Positions 48,006 to 59,001 of a stretch of DNA of 64,000 nt are shown piece by piece. The translations under genes and the position numbers were made by a program. Source of the stretch: an uncultured bacterium (GTDB taxonomy: Bacteria; UBA8481); contig CAZCME010000006.1 in assembly GCA_964499705.1 (NCBI GenBank), positions 62,001 through 126,000 of the forward strand. Direction: 5' to 3'. The notes below the pieces were generated by a model, which searched no databases, was not told the origin of the DNA, and was given only the letters and a program-made list of their open reading frames with translations. Numbering within the stretch: position 1 is the first letter of the stretch; each line of letters starts with the position of its first letter.

Positions 48006-48157
48006 GCAGTCTCCTCGAGGGCGACGTTTCTGACGGGCTTCTGAATAATATGGAATTATATTCCGGGGAAACGAGGAATGTCCAGCATCGCAATTCTCCG
48101 GGGTGAACGCCCGTTGAACGGTCACGAAAAAAGCCGTAGCATACGCGCCTCTTCGAT

Positions 48158-49201
48158 ATGAATTCTGCCTTGAGAATAAAAGAAGTGCTGGTGACCGGCG
48201 GGGCCGGCTTTATCGGAAGCCATCTCGTGGAGCGCCTGGTGCGGGATGGGCATCATGTGACGGTCCTGGATAATTTCTGCAACGGACGCCGCGAAAACCT
48301 CAGGGCCGTCATCGACTCATCCGCTTTCGCGATGCATGAGATCGACGTGGCCGGCGGGCCCGACAAGATCAGCGAATATTTTCGCGGAGTCGACTGGGTC
48401 TTCCATCTGGCGGGACTGGCCGATATCGTCCCGAGCATCGAGAAGCCTCTCGATTATCATCACGCCAACGTGAACGGAACCATATCGGTTTTGGAAGCTT
48501 CCCGACAAGCCGGCGTCAAGCGATTCGTCTACGCAGCGTCATCCTCCTGCTACGGAATACCCGACCGCGTTCCCACGCCGGAAACGGCGGAGATCCGTCC
48601 CATGTATCCTTACGCGCTGACGAAATACCTGGGCGAGGAGTATGTCCTGCGGTGGAGTCGCTATTACGGGATGGGATGCGTCTCCTTGCGTCTCTTCAAT
48701 GTGTTCGGGCCGCGATCGAGGACCACGGGCACCTACGGGGCGGTGTTCGGGGTTTTCCTGGCGCAGAAGCTGGCCGGCAAGCCTTTTACAGTCGTGGGCG
48801 ACGGGAAACAGACACGCGATTTCACCTACGTGACCGACGTCGCCGACGCATTCGTCCGCGCCGCGGAGTCGGATCTCACGGGAGACATCTTCAATGTCGG
48901 ATCGAGCCATCCCTGCAGCATCAATGATCTCACAGGGCAATTGGGAGGCGAGATCGTGTACATTGCGAGGAGGCCGGGCGAACCAGACTGCACTTGGGCC
49001 GACATCTCGAAAATCGCCCGGGCGCTGGAATGGAAGCCGAAGGTGAATTTTCAGGATGGGGTTCGGATCATGCTGGAGCATATCGAGGATTGGCGCAAAG
49101 CTCCGGTCTGGGACGAGGCATCCATCTCCCAGGCGACGGAATCCTGGTTTCGGCATCTTTCTCCCCATGCCCAACCGGCGCGGACTGCGATCGAATCATG
49201 A
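48158..49201 (+). CDS. NDP-sugar epimerase/dehydratase (extended SDR)
   Basis: VTGGAGFIGSH, ASSSCYG, YALTK, LRLFNVFGP, GDGKQTRDF. Confidence 0.93.
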   Translation: MNSALRIKEVLVTGGAGFIGSHLVERLVRDGHHVTVLDNFCNGRRENLRAVIDSSAFAMHEIDVAGGPDKISEYFRGVDWVFHLAGLADIVPSIEKPLDYHHANVNGTISVLEASRQAGVKRFVYAASSSCYGIPDRVPTPETAEIRPMYPYALTKYLGEEYVLRWSRYYGMGCVSLRLFNVFGPRSRTTGTYGAVFGVFLAQKLAGKPFTVVGDGKQTRDFTYVTDVADAFVRAAESDLTGDIFNVGSSHPCSINDLTGQLGGEIVYIARRPGEPDCTWADISKIARALEWKPKVNFQDGVRIMLEHIEDWRKAPVWDEASISQATESWFRHLSPHAQPARTAIES

Positions 49202-50753
49202 CCGGGACGAACAATAAAACCCGGAATAAAATCATCTCCCTCGAACTCTTGAAGCCCATCCTGGATGCGGCTCGAGTGGAAGGGAGGAAGATCGTCCAAT
49301 GTCACGGTGTCTTCGACCTGCTTCACATCGGTCACATCCGTCATTTCAACGAGGCGCGCTCCCTGGGCGATATCCTCGTCGTGACGCTGACCGCGGACAA
49401 ATTCGTCAACAAGGGACCGTTTCGACCGGCGTTTCCGGAAGATGTCCGAGCCGAATGCCTGGCGGATCTGGAGTCGGTCGATTACGTCGCGATCAATCGG
49501 TCGTCTTCCGCCGAAGAGACCATCCGTTTTCTTCGGCCTGATTTCTACGTCAAGGGATCGGATTACAAGGATGCCGGGAAAGATGTAACCGGGGGAATTC
49601 TGCGGGAACGCGAGGCCGTGGAGGCGGGCGGCGGCGTCCTCCATTTTACGTCGGATATCACGCACAGTTCGTCGCACCTCATCAACCGCCATTTCTCCCG
49701 GCATTCTGATGAAACCCAGCTCTACCTGTCCGAACTCGCGTCCCGGTATACGCCCGATCGCGTCTTTGAATATCTTGAAAAGCTGCGCGCCTTGAAAGTC
49801 CTGATCGTGGGAGAAGCCATCATCGATGAATACCAGTATGCGACCGCGCTCGGCAAGTCAGCCAAGGATCCTATCCTCGCGGTCAAGCTTCTTCACTCCG
49901 AGAAGTTCGCGGGAGGCGTTCTCGCCGTGGCCAATAACCTGGCGAATTTCTGCGAGGCTCCCACGGTGTTGTCTCTTCTGGGCGATCGTGATTCCCAGGA
50001 AGATCTCATCCAGCGGAGTCTTCATCCGGATATCAAGCCGATCTTTCTCCGCAGGAAAGACTCGCCGACCGTTCTGAAGCGACGCATCATCGATCACTAT
50101 TCCTTCACGAAGATGATCTCGCTTTACGATTGGAACGACTCGCCGCTGGACCAGGAAGACGACCGCGCTCTATGCAAGGCCTTGAGCGCGCAGATCGAGA
50201 ATCACGACATCGTTCTGGTTGTCGATTACGGCCACTCCATGATGACGTCCTCGGCCGTCGAAATTCTGTGCCGCCGCGCCCGCTNNNNNNNNNNCGCTTT
50301 CTGGCCGTCAACGCTCAATCGAACGCCGGCAACATCGGCTATCAATCGGTTTCCAAGTATCCACGGGCCGATCTCGTATGCATCGCGAGCCAGGAACTCC
50401 GGCAGGAAATCCGCAATCGCGTCGATCCGGTGGAGGATCTTGTTAAGGATCTTCATCAGAAGTGCGATTACGAGAACATCATCATTACGCACGGCAAGAT
50501 GGGCGCCCTCTATCAGGACAAGTCGGGTCCTCGCTTCACGGCGCCCGCTCTGGCCGATCGGGTCACGGACAGAATCGGCGGCGGCGATGCGTTTCTTTCC
50601 GTGGCCGCACCCGCCGTGGCTGCTCATGTGCCGCCGGATCTGGTCTGCTTTCTGGGGAATGCCGTTGCCGCGCAGGCCGTGGCTACCGTGGGCCACCGTG
50701 AATCCATCAATAAGGCGAGCCTTTACAAGACCATCGAGTCACTCCTGAAGTGA
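49198..50753 (+). CDS. HldE/RfaE-like bifunctional nucleotidyltransferase plus PfkB kinase (apparent frameshift at N gap 50285-50294)
   Basis: HGVFDLLHIGH, VKGSDY, GEAIID, DYGH, DRIGGGDAF; reading frame switches exactly at the gap. Confidence 0.88.
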
Positions 50754-51331
50754 TCAGTCCTGAAAAATACCTGGACGAACTGAACGCTTTCCTGCGACAG
50801 ACCATCGCCTCGGACGGAAAAGGCGAAGCATTATCTCTCGAGGAAGGAATGACAAGGGCGGCCGCGTTGATTCTGTCCTGCGGGGACGCCAAGGTCATGG
50901 TCATCGGCAACGGCGGAAGCGCCGCCATCGCCGCGCACCTCCAGACCGATCTCTGCCACACCGTGGGCGTGCGCGCCATGGAGTTCACCGCGTCTTCGCT
51001 CCTCACCGCGCTCTCGAACGATTTCGCCTATGAGGAAGCCTTTCCCCGGCTTCTTTCGCTCTGGGCTTCTCCGAACGATCTTCTCATCGCCATCAGCAGT
51101 TCCGGCCGCTCTCCCAATATCGTCAACGCCGCCGCTCCGGTGCGCGAGCGCGGATGCCGCATGATCACGTTTTCAGGGTTCCATCCGGACAATCCGCTCC
51201 GCTCCCTCGGCGACGTGAACTTCTATGTGCCGTCCCATCAATACAGCATTGTCGAGACTGCTCATGCGACGCTGGCGCATTACCTTACGGATCGGGCCTC
51301 GGCGGCTCGGCAGAGTCAGCGAAATGTTTAA
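50750..51331 (+). CDS. SIS-domain phosphosugar isomerase (GmhA-like)
   Basis: GNGGSAA.A.H, TALSND, ISSSGRSPNI, VE.AH. Confidence 0.88.
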   Translation: MISPEKYLDELNAFLRQTIASDGKGEALSLEEGMTRAAALILSCGDAKVMVIGNGGSAAIAAHLQTDLCHTVGVRAMEFTASSLLTALSNDFAYEEAFPRLLSLWASPNDLLIAISSSGRSPNIVNAAAPVRERGCRMITFSGFHPDNPLRSLGDVNFYVPSHQYSIVETAHATLAHYLTDRASAARQSQRNV

Positions 51332-52331
51332 GAGAGTCCTCATCACCGGCGGAGCGGGATATGTCGGGGCCGTCCTGGTTCCGCGACTTCTGGCCGCGGG
51401 ATACGTCCTGACTGTCCTGGATCTCTTTCTCTACGGCGACCACGTCCTCGATCCGGTCAGGGACAATCCCGGACTTACGATAGTCAAGGGCGACATGCGG
51501 GACCGATCGCTCGTCGCCGAGGCGCTTCAGAACTGCGACGCGGTCATCCATCTTGCCTGCATTTCGAACGATCCGAGCTTCGAGCTGAACCCGGATCTGG
51601 GGCGGTCGATCAACTATGATGCCTTCCGGCCCCTTGTCCAAGCCTGCCGCGACGCCGGCGTCCGGCGCTTCATCTATGCCTCCACGTCCAGCGTCTACGG
51701 CATTAGCGTTGCGGAAAACGTCACGGAGGAACATCCGCTTAAGCCGTTGACCGACTACAGCCGGTTCAAGGCTCTGTGCGAGGACATTCTCCTGGAGCAT
51801 CAAGCTGCGGATTTCGTCCCGGTGATCGTCCGGCCCGCCACGGTCTGCGGCTATTCTCCTCGCCAGCGGCTCGACGTCATCGTCAACATCCTGACCAACC
51901 ACGCCGTCAACCGCGGACGCATCACCGTGACAGGAGGAATTCAGAAACGCCCGAACATTCACATCGATGACATGGCGCGGATCTATCATCGCCTTCTGGA
52001 ATTCGAAGATCCGAAAATCGCCGGAAAAATCTACAACATCGGAAGCGTGAATCACACGGTGAGCGAAATTGCGCGGATCGTTCGAACCGAAGTCATGCTC
52101 CGGATTCCCGGCCATGACGTGTCGATCGCCGTCGAGCCGACGGACGATCTCCGATCGTACCACATCTGCTCGGATAAGATCGGCAAAGAGCTCGGCCTCT
52201 CCACCGAAAAGACGATTGCTGACGCTGTCCGCGACCTTGTGGATGCATTTCGCGAAGGAAAACTGCCGCATCCGCTCGATGACATCCGCTACTATAATGT
52301 CAAGACCATGCAGGCGATCGGGTTGAAATAA
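51324..52331 (+). CDS. NDP-sugar epimerase/dehydratase
   Basis: ITGGAGYVG, ISNDPS, STSSVYG, YSRFK, RPATVCGYSPRQRLD. Confidence 0.92.
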   Translation: MFKRVLITGGAGYVGAVLVPRLLAAGYVLTVLDLFLYGDHVLDPVRDNPGLTIVKGDMRDRSLVAEALQNCDAVIHLACISNDPSFELNPDLGRSINYDAFRPLVQACRDAGVRRFIYASTSSVYGISVAENVTEEHPLKPLTDYSRFKALCEDILLEHQAADFVPVIVRPATVCGYSPRQRLDVIVNILTNHAVNRGRITVTGGIQKRPNIHIDDMARIYHRLLEFEDPKIAGKIYNIGSVNHTVSEIARIVRTEVMLRIPGHDVSIAVEPTDDLRSYHICSDKIGKELGLSTEKTIADAVRDLVDAFREGKLPHPLDDIRYYNVKTMQAIGLK

Positions 52332-52334
52332 CCT

Positions 52335-53327
52335 TTGGATAAAAAAGTCGTCGTCATAGGAGCGACATCTTTTTCGGGCCAGGACTTCGTGGATCTTCTC
52401 CTGGACCGCGGTTACACCGTCATCGGCGTCGCCCGCTCGCCCGAATCGACCGGCGCCTTCCTGCGCTATAAAAGCCGCCGGGATCTTTCGAAATACTCGT
52501 ATCGCCAGATGGATCTCAACAAGGACGTCTCGAAACTGCTGGCCCTTCTGGACGCCGAGAAACCTCCATACATCGTCAATTTCGCCGCTCTCTGCGAAGT
52601 GGCGTTGAGCTGGGAATACCCGGAACAATGGCTCGCCACGAACGCGCTCGCGGTGGCATGCCTCGTCAATCACCTCCGCCGCCGGGATTTCCTGGAACGA
52701 TACGTCCAGATTTCCACGCCCGAAGTTTACGGAACCTGCTCAGGACGGGTCCTGGAGGACACGGTATTGAATCCCAGCACGCCGTATGCCGTCTCGAAGG
52801 CGACCGCCGATCTGCTCCTGGAGACGTATCGCCGCCAATTCGGTTTTCCGGTTCTTACCGTGCGCAGCACGAATGTGTATGGAGCAAGGCAGCGCATCAA
52901 CAAGATCATCCCTCGAACGATCATCTTCATGCGACTCGGAAAAGAAATAGAGCTCCATGGTGGAGGCAAGGCGATCAAGTCCTTCATCTCCATCCGCGAC
53001 GTCTCGGAAGGCGAGCTCGGAATCATGGAAAATGGCAATATCGGAGATATCTATCATCTCTCGCCGGATGAAAGCATCTCCATTCACGACCTCGTCCGGA
53101 AGATCTGTGAAAAGATGGGAAAGGACTTCGGCGCGAACACCCGTATCATTTCCGAACGACCCGGCCAGGACGCCGCATACGTGATCGATTCGACGAAAGC
53201 CCGCCGCAATCTCGGTTGGGCTCCCAAGTATTCGCTCGATCAGGGCGTGGACGAAGTCATTCATTGGGTGGACGAAAACTGGGACGAAATCCGGCGGTTG
53301 CCGCTGGAATACGTTCACCAGTTCTGA
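52335..53327 (+). CDS. NDP-hexose 4,6-dehydratase-like protein
   Basis: ISTPEVYG, PSTPYAVSK, NVYG..Q, RPGQDAAY; TTG start. Confidence 0.85.
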   Translation: MDKKVVVIGATSFSGQDFVDLLLDRGYTVIGVARSPESTGAFLRYKSRRDLSKYSYRQMDLNKDVSKLLALLDAEKPPYIVNFAALCEVALSWEYPEQWLATNALAVACLVNHLRRRDFLERYVQISTPEVYGTCSGRVLEDTVLNPSTPYAVSKATADLLLETYRRQFGFPVLTVRSTNVYGARQRINKIIPRTIIFMRLGKEIELHGGGKAIKSFISIRDVSEGELGIMENGNIGDIYHLSPDESISIHDLVRKICEKMGKDFGANTRIISERPGQDAAYVIDSTKARRNLGWAPKYSLDQGVDEVIHWVDENWDEIRRLPLEYVHQF

Positions 53328-53343
53328 CGACGTTCTGACATCT

Positions 53344-53372
53344 TGGACATTATGCAGGGGTCCGGTTATAAA
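53344..53372 (+). promoter_or_regulatory. Possible sigma-70 promoter
   Basis: TGGACA-N17-TATAAA in an AT-rich intergenic region. Confidence 0.35.
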
Positions 53373-53439
53373 TTGTCATGCTTCGGGTTCGTTAATGCCA
53401 CGATTGCGACCTTGAGATCACACAAAGGACGGTTATCCC

Positions 53440-54546
53440 ATGAAGGTTGATTACTCCTATCTCGGCCAGCAATTCAAGGATCCGAGCCTCATCCTCGAGG
53501 ACATTCGAAAGCTCGTATTGCGCGGAGACTTCACCCTCGGCGCCGAGGTCGCCGCCTTCGAGAAAAAATTCATCGAGTTCTCGGGCACGCGCTTTGCCAC
53601 CGGAGTGAACTCCGGCGCCGACGCGCTCATCCTGATATTCCGCGCCCTGGGCATCGGCCCCGGCGATGAAGTGATCACGGCTCCAAACAGCTTCATCGCT
53701 TCTGCGGGCACGATTGCCATGGCCGGCGCCAAACCTGTCTTCGCGGATGTCGGCGATGACTACAATATCGATCCGGCGAAACTGGAAGCGGCGATCACGA
53801 AAAAAACCAAGGCGCTCCTGCCGGTTCATCTGACCGGTTGCCCCGCGGACATGGAAGCCATCTGCGAAATCGGGAAGCGGCACAATATTCCGGTGGTTGA
53901 GGATGCGGCGCAGGCGATCGGAGGCGCCATCAACGGCAAGCCGGTCGGCTCCTGGGGAATCGCCGCCGAATTCTCGCTCCATCCCCTCAAGAATCTCAAC
54001 GTCTGGGGAGACGGCGGCATGGTGTCGACCGACTCCGAGGAGTTGACGGAGAAGGTGCGGCTTCTCCGCAATCACGGGCTCATCAATCGGGACGAAGCCG
54101 TGATCTTCGGCACCAACAGCCGGCTCGATACTCTCCAGGCCGTCGTAGGGCTCCACGTCATCAAGGACCTGCACGCCGTGAACGACACACGCATCCGCCA
54201 CGCGGCATTCTACGACGAGGGGCTTTCCGGTCTGGCGCCGGACGTTATCCTTCCTCCGCGCCGCGCGAACATCAGGCAGGTTTACCATACGTACGTCATC
54301 CAGGCTCGCGATCGCGACGCGCTCAAGGATTTCATGCTGCAAAAAGGCGTGGACGTCAAAGTCCACTATCCGCTGCCGCTTCATCTTCATCGCTGCAGCC
54401 GCGACCTCGGTTACAAGGAAGGTGACTTCCCGATCACGGAAGCCCAGGCTCGGTCCATACTGACCCTTCCCGTTCACCAGGCCATGACCATGGAGCAACT
54501 GGAGTACGTCGTCGAACAAATCCGCGCTTTTTATAAACGACGCTGA
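53440..54546 (+). CDS. DegT/DnrJ/EryC1/StrS NDP-sugar aminotransferase
   Basis: VNSG.DAL, PVHLTG, EDAAQA, FSLHPLKNL..GDGG, NSRLD. Confidence 0.95.
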   Translation: MKVDYSYLGQQFKDPSLILEDIRKLVLRGDFTLGAEVAAFEKKFIEFSGTRFATGVNSGADALILIFRALGIGPGDEVITAPNSFIASAGTIAMAGAKPVFADVGDDYNIDPAKLEAAITKKTKALLPVHLTGCPADMEAICEIGKRHNIPVVEDAAQAIGGAINGKPVGSWGIAAEFSLHPLKNLNVWGDGGMVSTDSEELTEKVRLLRNHGLINRDEAVIFGTNSRLDTLQAVVGLHVIKDLHAVNDTRIRHAAFYDEGLSGLAPDVILPPRRANIRQVYHTYVIQARDRDALKDFMLQKGVDVKVHYPLPLHLHRCSRDLGYKEGDFPITEAQARSILTLPVHQAMTMEQLEYVVEQIRAFYKRR

Positions 54547-54577
54547 GCTGAAGCCGGCGCCGCCTCGAGGATCAGAC

Positions 54578-57175
54578 ATGATTAAAAAGTTACCCCGCGG
54601 CGAGCTTGATCGGCTGGCATACGAGAAAATCGCAATCGATCCTCTGACTCAGGCCGACGATCACTTTGATTATTCGAAAGCGGTCGTGAAAAAGCCATGG
54701 GGTTACGAATATCTGATGTATCAGAACGAACACGTTGCGGTCTGGATTCTCTACATCAAAGAAGGATTCCAGACCTCCCTGCATTGTCATCCGAACAAGA
54801 AAACATCCCTGGTCATGTTGTCCGGCACGGCCATCTGTTCGTCCCTCGGCGAACGGATATCAAGAAGCGTCGGTGAAGGACTTATGATCGAAGAGGGAGT
54901 TTTTCACTGCACGGAATCTCGTTCCGAAAATGGAATCTTCGTCATGGAGATCGAATCACCCAACAATAAGCGGGATCTGGTTCGATTGGAGGACAAATAT
55001 GGGCGAGTTCATAAAGGATACGAATCGGTCAGCGACATGTCGTTCAACATCCAGAACTATAATTACCTCACGTTCATCGAGCCTTCTATCTTCTATAACG
55101 TGAAAAAGAAGTTCGGCGCCTGCGGCCTTTCCCTCGCCTGCTTTAAAGATGCCGAGGATTTCAAGGCGAATTTCGAGCTGAAAGGATGGGACGCTGTCAG
55201 TATTTTGAAGGGACAGATTCTTAACGACCGGGACGAAGTCATCCTGAACATCGGTGATACAATCGATCTGGCGACCGTCGAGTCCTTGCCCGATATTCGG
55301 ATCAACGATGCGATCGAGGTCATCATCATCAAGAAAAGAGACAGCATGATTAAGTTGTCCGACTACGTCGCGGATTTTCTGGAGAAGGCGAACGTAAAGG
55401 ATCTCTTCATCCTACCCGGCAGCCCGAATGTCCATCTGCTCGATTCCATCGGGAGAAATACCGGTCTGCGCCATTTCTGCAGCCAAACGGAACAGGCCGC
55501 CGCGCTGGCCGCGGAGGCGTATGCCAAATTAACCAAGCGCCCTGCGGTGGCCGTGATCGCTTCCGGAGCTTCCGGCACCAATGCGATGACCGGGGTCGCC
55601 GACGCATGGGTGGACTCGACTCCTCTTGTGGTGCTGTCCGGACAATCTCGCTCGGACGAAACCACGGACGGCGGGGTGCGACAGTTGGGTATTCAGGAAC
55701 TGGATATCGTCAGCATCGTCAAGCCGATCACCAAGTACGCGGTCAAAATCGATGACCCCAATTCCATCCGGTACCATCTGGAAAAAGCGTTTTATCTGGC
55801 GCGGGAAAATAGACCCGGACCGGTATGGATCGATATCCCCATCGATATCCAGGGAATGAATATCGATGAGGAGGAACTCAAATCTTTCGATCCGTCCGAA
55901 CTCAAGAAGTTGAATGAGCCGGATCAAGATTTCGGCGCGCCCGGCGGAATCCATGAGCAAGTCACCGAAACCCTGCGGCTCATCCGACAGTCGGAGAGGC
56001 CGGTTCTTCTGGTTGGAAATGGAATTCGCCTGGCTGATGCCGAAGAGGATCTGCTCCGATTGATTGACCTACTCGCTATTCCGGTGCTGACCTCCCGTCG
56101 CGGAGCCGATCTTCTCCCGGAAGATCATCCTCACTATTACGGGCGACCTGGCGCGTACGGTCAACGAAGCGCCAATTTTATCATCCAGAATTCCGACCTC
56201 CTGCTGAGCATCGGATCCCGTCTTTCGCTGCCCCAGATCGGCCGCAATTACAAAGCGTTTGCTCGAGCCGCCACGCGGATCATGGTCGATATCGATAAAG
56301 CCGAACTGGAAAAGAGCACGATCACCCCGCACCTTGCCGTTCACTGCTCCGCCGGGATATTTATCCGCGAGATGATCGCCGAGATTTCGAGATCGAATAT
56401 TGAATTCGAACCGCGGACGCCGTGGATAGAGCGGTGCCGGATATGGAAATCGAAGTACGCCGAGTCGCCGGATGAAGTCTCGGGTCCGGCGGGACAGGTT
56501 AACGCCTACTTTTTCATGAAAACGCTGGCGCAACTGCTGAACGCCGGCGCGATCGTCTCCATCGACGGCGGTTCGCCGCTTGTTTTTTTCATGCAGGCGT
56601 TCTCCTTCAAGGACGGACAGCGCCTGATCTCGGCTACCGGATTGGAGAACACGGGTTTTGCGCTCCCGGCCGCCATCGGAAGCTGCATTGGCGGGGCCGG
56701 AAGGGAAATCATCTGCATCTGCGAAGATCGCGGCTTTCAGAAAAGCATTCAGGAACTCCAGACCGTTATCCGATACAATCTGCCGATCAAGATTTTTATC
56801 CTCAATACCGGCGGCTACTCCTGGATCCGCGAAACCCAGCGGGAATATTTCGGAGGTCGATACGTCGCATCCGAGCCGGAGACGGAGAGGATTGCGCCGG
56901 ACATGAAGCGCATCGGAGAAGCGTACAACTTGAAGACCTGGACAATCAGCAGCCATCGCGAACTCGCGGCTTCGTTCAGCGACATCCTTGGATGGAAAGG
57001 CCCGGTCCTGTGTGAAGTGAAGATCGATAAAAGTCAGAAGATCGTTCCGAAGATCGCCTTCACCGTGAAGCCGGACGGTAAGTGGCTGTCCAAACCCCTG
57101 GAGGACATGCATCCATTTCTGGACCGGACGGAATTTGCCGATAACATGCTGATCGGGATTGTCGAAGAAGAATGA
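54578..57175 (+). CDS. Cupin (mannose-6-P isomerase-like) domain fused to an acetolactate-synthase-like ThDP enzyme with degenerate ThDP motif
   Basis: VVKKPWGYEY, TSLHCHP.K, RLEDKYGR; EQAAALAAEAY, RPGPVWIDIP; CEDRG where GDG is expected. Confidence 0.85.
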   Translation: MIKKLPRGELDRLAYEKIAIDPLTQADDHFDYSKAVVKKPWGYEYLMYQNEHVAVWILYIKEGFQTSLHCHPNKKTSLVMLSGTAICSSLGERISRSVGEGLMIEEGVFHCTESRSENGIFVMEIESPNNKRDLVRLEDKYGRVHKGYESVSDMSFNIQNYNYLTFIEPSIFYNVKKKFGACGLSLACFKDAEDFKANFELKGWDAVSILKGQILNDRDEVILNIGDTIDLATVESLPDIRINDAIEVIIIKKRDSMIKLSDYVADFLEKANVKDLFILPGSPNVHLLDSIGRNTGLRHFCSQTEQAAALAAEAYAKLTKRPAVAVIASGASGTNAMTGVADAWVDSTPLVVLSGQSRSDETTDGGVRQLGIQELDIVSIVKPITKYAVKIDDPNSIRYHLEKAFYLARENRPGPVWIDIPIDIQGMNIDEEELKSFDPSELKKLNEPDQDFGAPGGIHEQVTETLRLIRQSERPVLLVGNGIRLADAEEDLLRLIDLLAIPVLTSRRGADLLPEDHPHYYGRPGAYGQRSANFIIQNSDLLLSIGSRLSLPQIGRNYKAFARAATRIMVDIDKAELEKSTITPHLAVHCSAGIFIREMIAEISRSNIEFEPRTPWIERCRIWKSKYAESPDEVSGPAGQVNAYFFMKTLAQLLNAGAIVSIDGGSPLVFFMQAFSFKDGQRLISATGLENTGFALPAAIGSCIGGAGREIICICEDRGFQKSIQELQTVIRYNLPIKIFILNTGGYSWIRETQREYFGGRYVASEPETERIAPDMKRIGEAYNLKTWTISSHRELAASFSDILGWKGPVLCEVKIDKSQKIVPKIAFTVKPDGKWLSKPLEDMHPFLDRTEFADNMLIGIVEEE

Positions 57176-58989
57176 AACGGAAACGCAAACACACCGCTGT
57201 CAAGGCGATCCGCGTGGCGGATTTTATTATTTCCTTTCTTGAACGCATCGGCGTCCGAGCCGTCTTCACCGTTTCCGGCGGAGGCTCCATCTTTCTGGAC
57301 GATGCTTTGGCGATCAACAAGACAGTTCGATATTATGCCTGCCACCACGAGCAGGCCGCCGCCATGGCCACGGAAGCCTATGCAAGAGTGCGCGGCGATA
57401 TCGGAGTCACGCTCGTCACCACCGGCCCCGGAGCAACCAACGCGATCACGGGAGTGGCAGGTTCATGGATGGATTCGATTCCCCATCTTGTGCTGTCCGG
57501 CCAGGTTTTTCTGAATCAGACGATCCGCAATACCGGCACGCGGCAGATCGGAGTTCAGGAGATCAACATCATCGATATCGTGCGGCCCATGACGAAGTAC
57601 GCCGTCATGATCGAAGATCCTGCGCGGATACGATATTTTCTCGAGAAAGCCGTTCACATCGCCCGGACCGGACGACCGGGACCGGTATGGCTCGACATTC
57701 CCGCCAATGTTCAGAATGCCCGGATCGAAGTTGCAAGCCTGGAAGGATTTGATCCCTCGGAACTTCCGCCGATCAAACCGGATCGGGAATTGAAAGCGAA
57801 AGTTCGACAAGTGGTGAGACTTCTAAGAGCGGCCAGGAAGCCCCTGCTGCATGTGGGGCAGGGTGTGCGAATCGCCGGAGCGTTACCGGATTTTCTGAAA
57901 CTGGTCGAATCGCACCGCATTCCATTTGTCACCGCGCGAAACGCCAATGATATCGTGCCGACAGATCATGAATTGTATGTCGGTCGCCCGGGAACGTTCG
58001 CTCAGCGAGGCGCCAATTTTGCCGTCGCGAACGCGGATGTCTATCTCGCCGTCGGAACTCGCCTTACGATGACGCAGACGGGATACAACTCGAGGGATTA
58101 CGCTCGAAATGCCCGGCGGGTCATGGTGGATATCGACCGAACGGAACTTGAAAAAGACACGCTTGAGATCCACCTCAAAATTCATGCGGATGCGAAATTA
58201 TTTTTATCGGAACTGAACAAACAGTTGAGCGCGGTCGCGCTCGATACCGGAGACTGGATCGACCGGTGCCGGCAATGGAAACGAAAATATCCGGTGGTTC
58301 TCGCGGAATATGAAAATCAGAAGGGAAGCGTCAATTCCTATTATTTCATCGGCGTCCTTTCGGACCTCCTCGCCCCCAAAGACGTCGTCGTCACCGACAT
58401 GGGAATCGCCTTCCAGGGTACGCATCAGGCTTTTCGAGTCAAAAAAGGCCAGAGACTCTTCACCAACTCCGGGTTTGCGTCGATGGGTTGGGGGCTCCCG
58501 GCGGCCGTCGGCGCGTGCATCGGCCACGATAATAGACGGACGATCTGCATTGCCGGTGAAGGCGGGCTCCAGATGAACATTCAGGAACTGGCCACGATCA
58601 TGCACCACAAGTTGCCGATCAAGCTTTTCGTCTACAACAACGGCGGCTACATGACCATCAAGCAGACCCAGGAATTCGCCTTTGAAGGAAGGCTGATGGG
58701 ATGCAACGGAGAGTCAGGTCTGAGTTTCCCGAATCTGAATAAAATCGCCGATGCCCACGCAATGAAATATTTCAAAGTGAAGGATCATAAACGCCTGAAG
58801 GAGATCGTAAGAGCGGTTCTAAAGCATTCCGGCCCGGTCGTCTGCGAGATCATGATGGATCCTGATCAGGCGCAAATTCCTAAATACCTTCCGCGGAAAA
58901 AAGCGGACGGCTCGGCGATTCCGACGCCGCTGGAGGATCTGTATCCTTATCTGGACGAAAAGGAATTCAAGGAAAACATGGGCGGCTGA
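57172..58989 (+). CDS. Acetolactate-synthase-like ThDP-dependent enzyme
   Basis: HHEQAAAMA, TTGPGATN, GRPGPVWLDIP, GEGGLQMNIQEL...NNGGY. Confidence 0.92.
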   Translation: MKRKRKHTAVKAIRVADFIISFLERIGVRAVFTVSGGGSIFLDDALAINKTVRYYACHHEQAAAMATEAYARVRGDIGVTLVTTGPGATNAITGVAGSWMDSIPHLVLSGQVFLNQTIRNTGTRQIGVQEINIIDIVRPMTKYAVMIEDPARIRYFLEKAVHIARTGRPGPVWLDIPANVQNARIEVASLEGFDPSELPPIKPDRELKAKVRQVVRLLRAARKPLLHVGQGVRIAGALPDFLKLVESHRIPFVTARNANDIVPTDHELYVGRPGTFAQRGANFAVANADVYLAVGTRLTMTQTGYNSRDYARNARRVMVDIDRTELEKDTLEIHLKIHADAKLFLSELNKQLSAVALDTGDWIDRCRQWKRKYPVVLAEYENQKGSVNSYYFIGVLSDLLAPKDVVVTDMGIAFQGTHQAFRVKKGQRLFTNSGFASMGWGLPAAVGACIGHDNRRTICIAGEGGLQMNIQELATIMHHKLPIKLFVYNNGGYMTIKQTQEFAFEGRLMGCNGESGLSFPNLNKIADAHAMKYFKVKDHKRLKEIVRAVLKHSGPVVCEIMMDPDQAQIPKYLPRKKADGSAIPTPLEDLYPYLDEKEFKENMGG

Positions 58990-59001
58990 ACCGGCGAAGT
59001 T

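Noticed and set aside
50281-50300. Apparent frameshift or pseudogene in the HldE-like gene
   Set aside because: The frame change falls exactly at a 10-N scaffold gap flanked by a duplicated 'cgct'; merging the overlap restores ...RARFLAVN, so it is an assembly artefact
54578-58989. ThDP enzymes as the missing phosphonopyruvate decarboxylase
   Set aside because: They have three-domain acetolactate-synthase-like architecture, lie about 45 kb from pepM among NDP-sugar genes, and lack Ppd features
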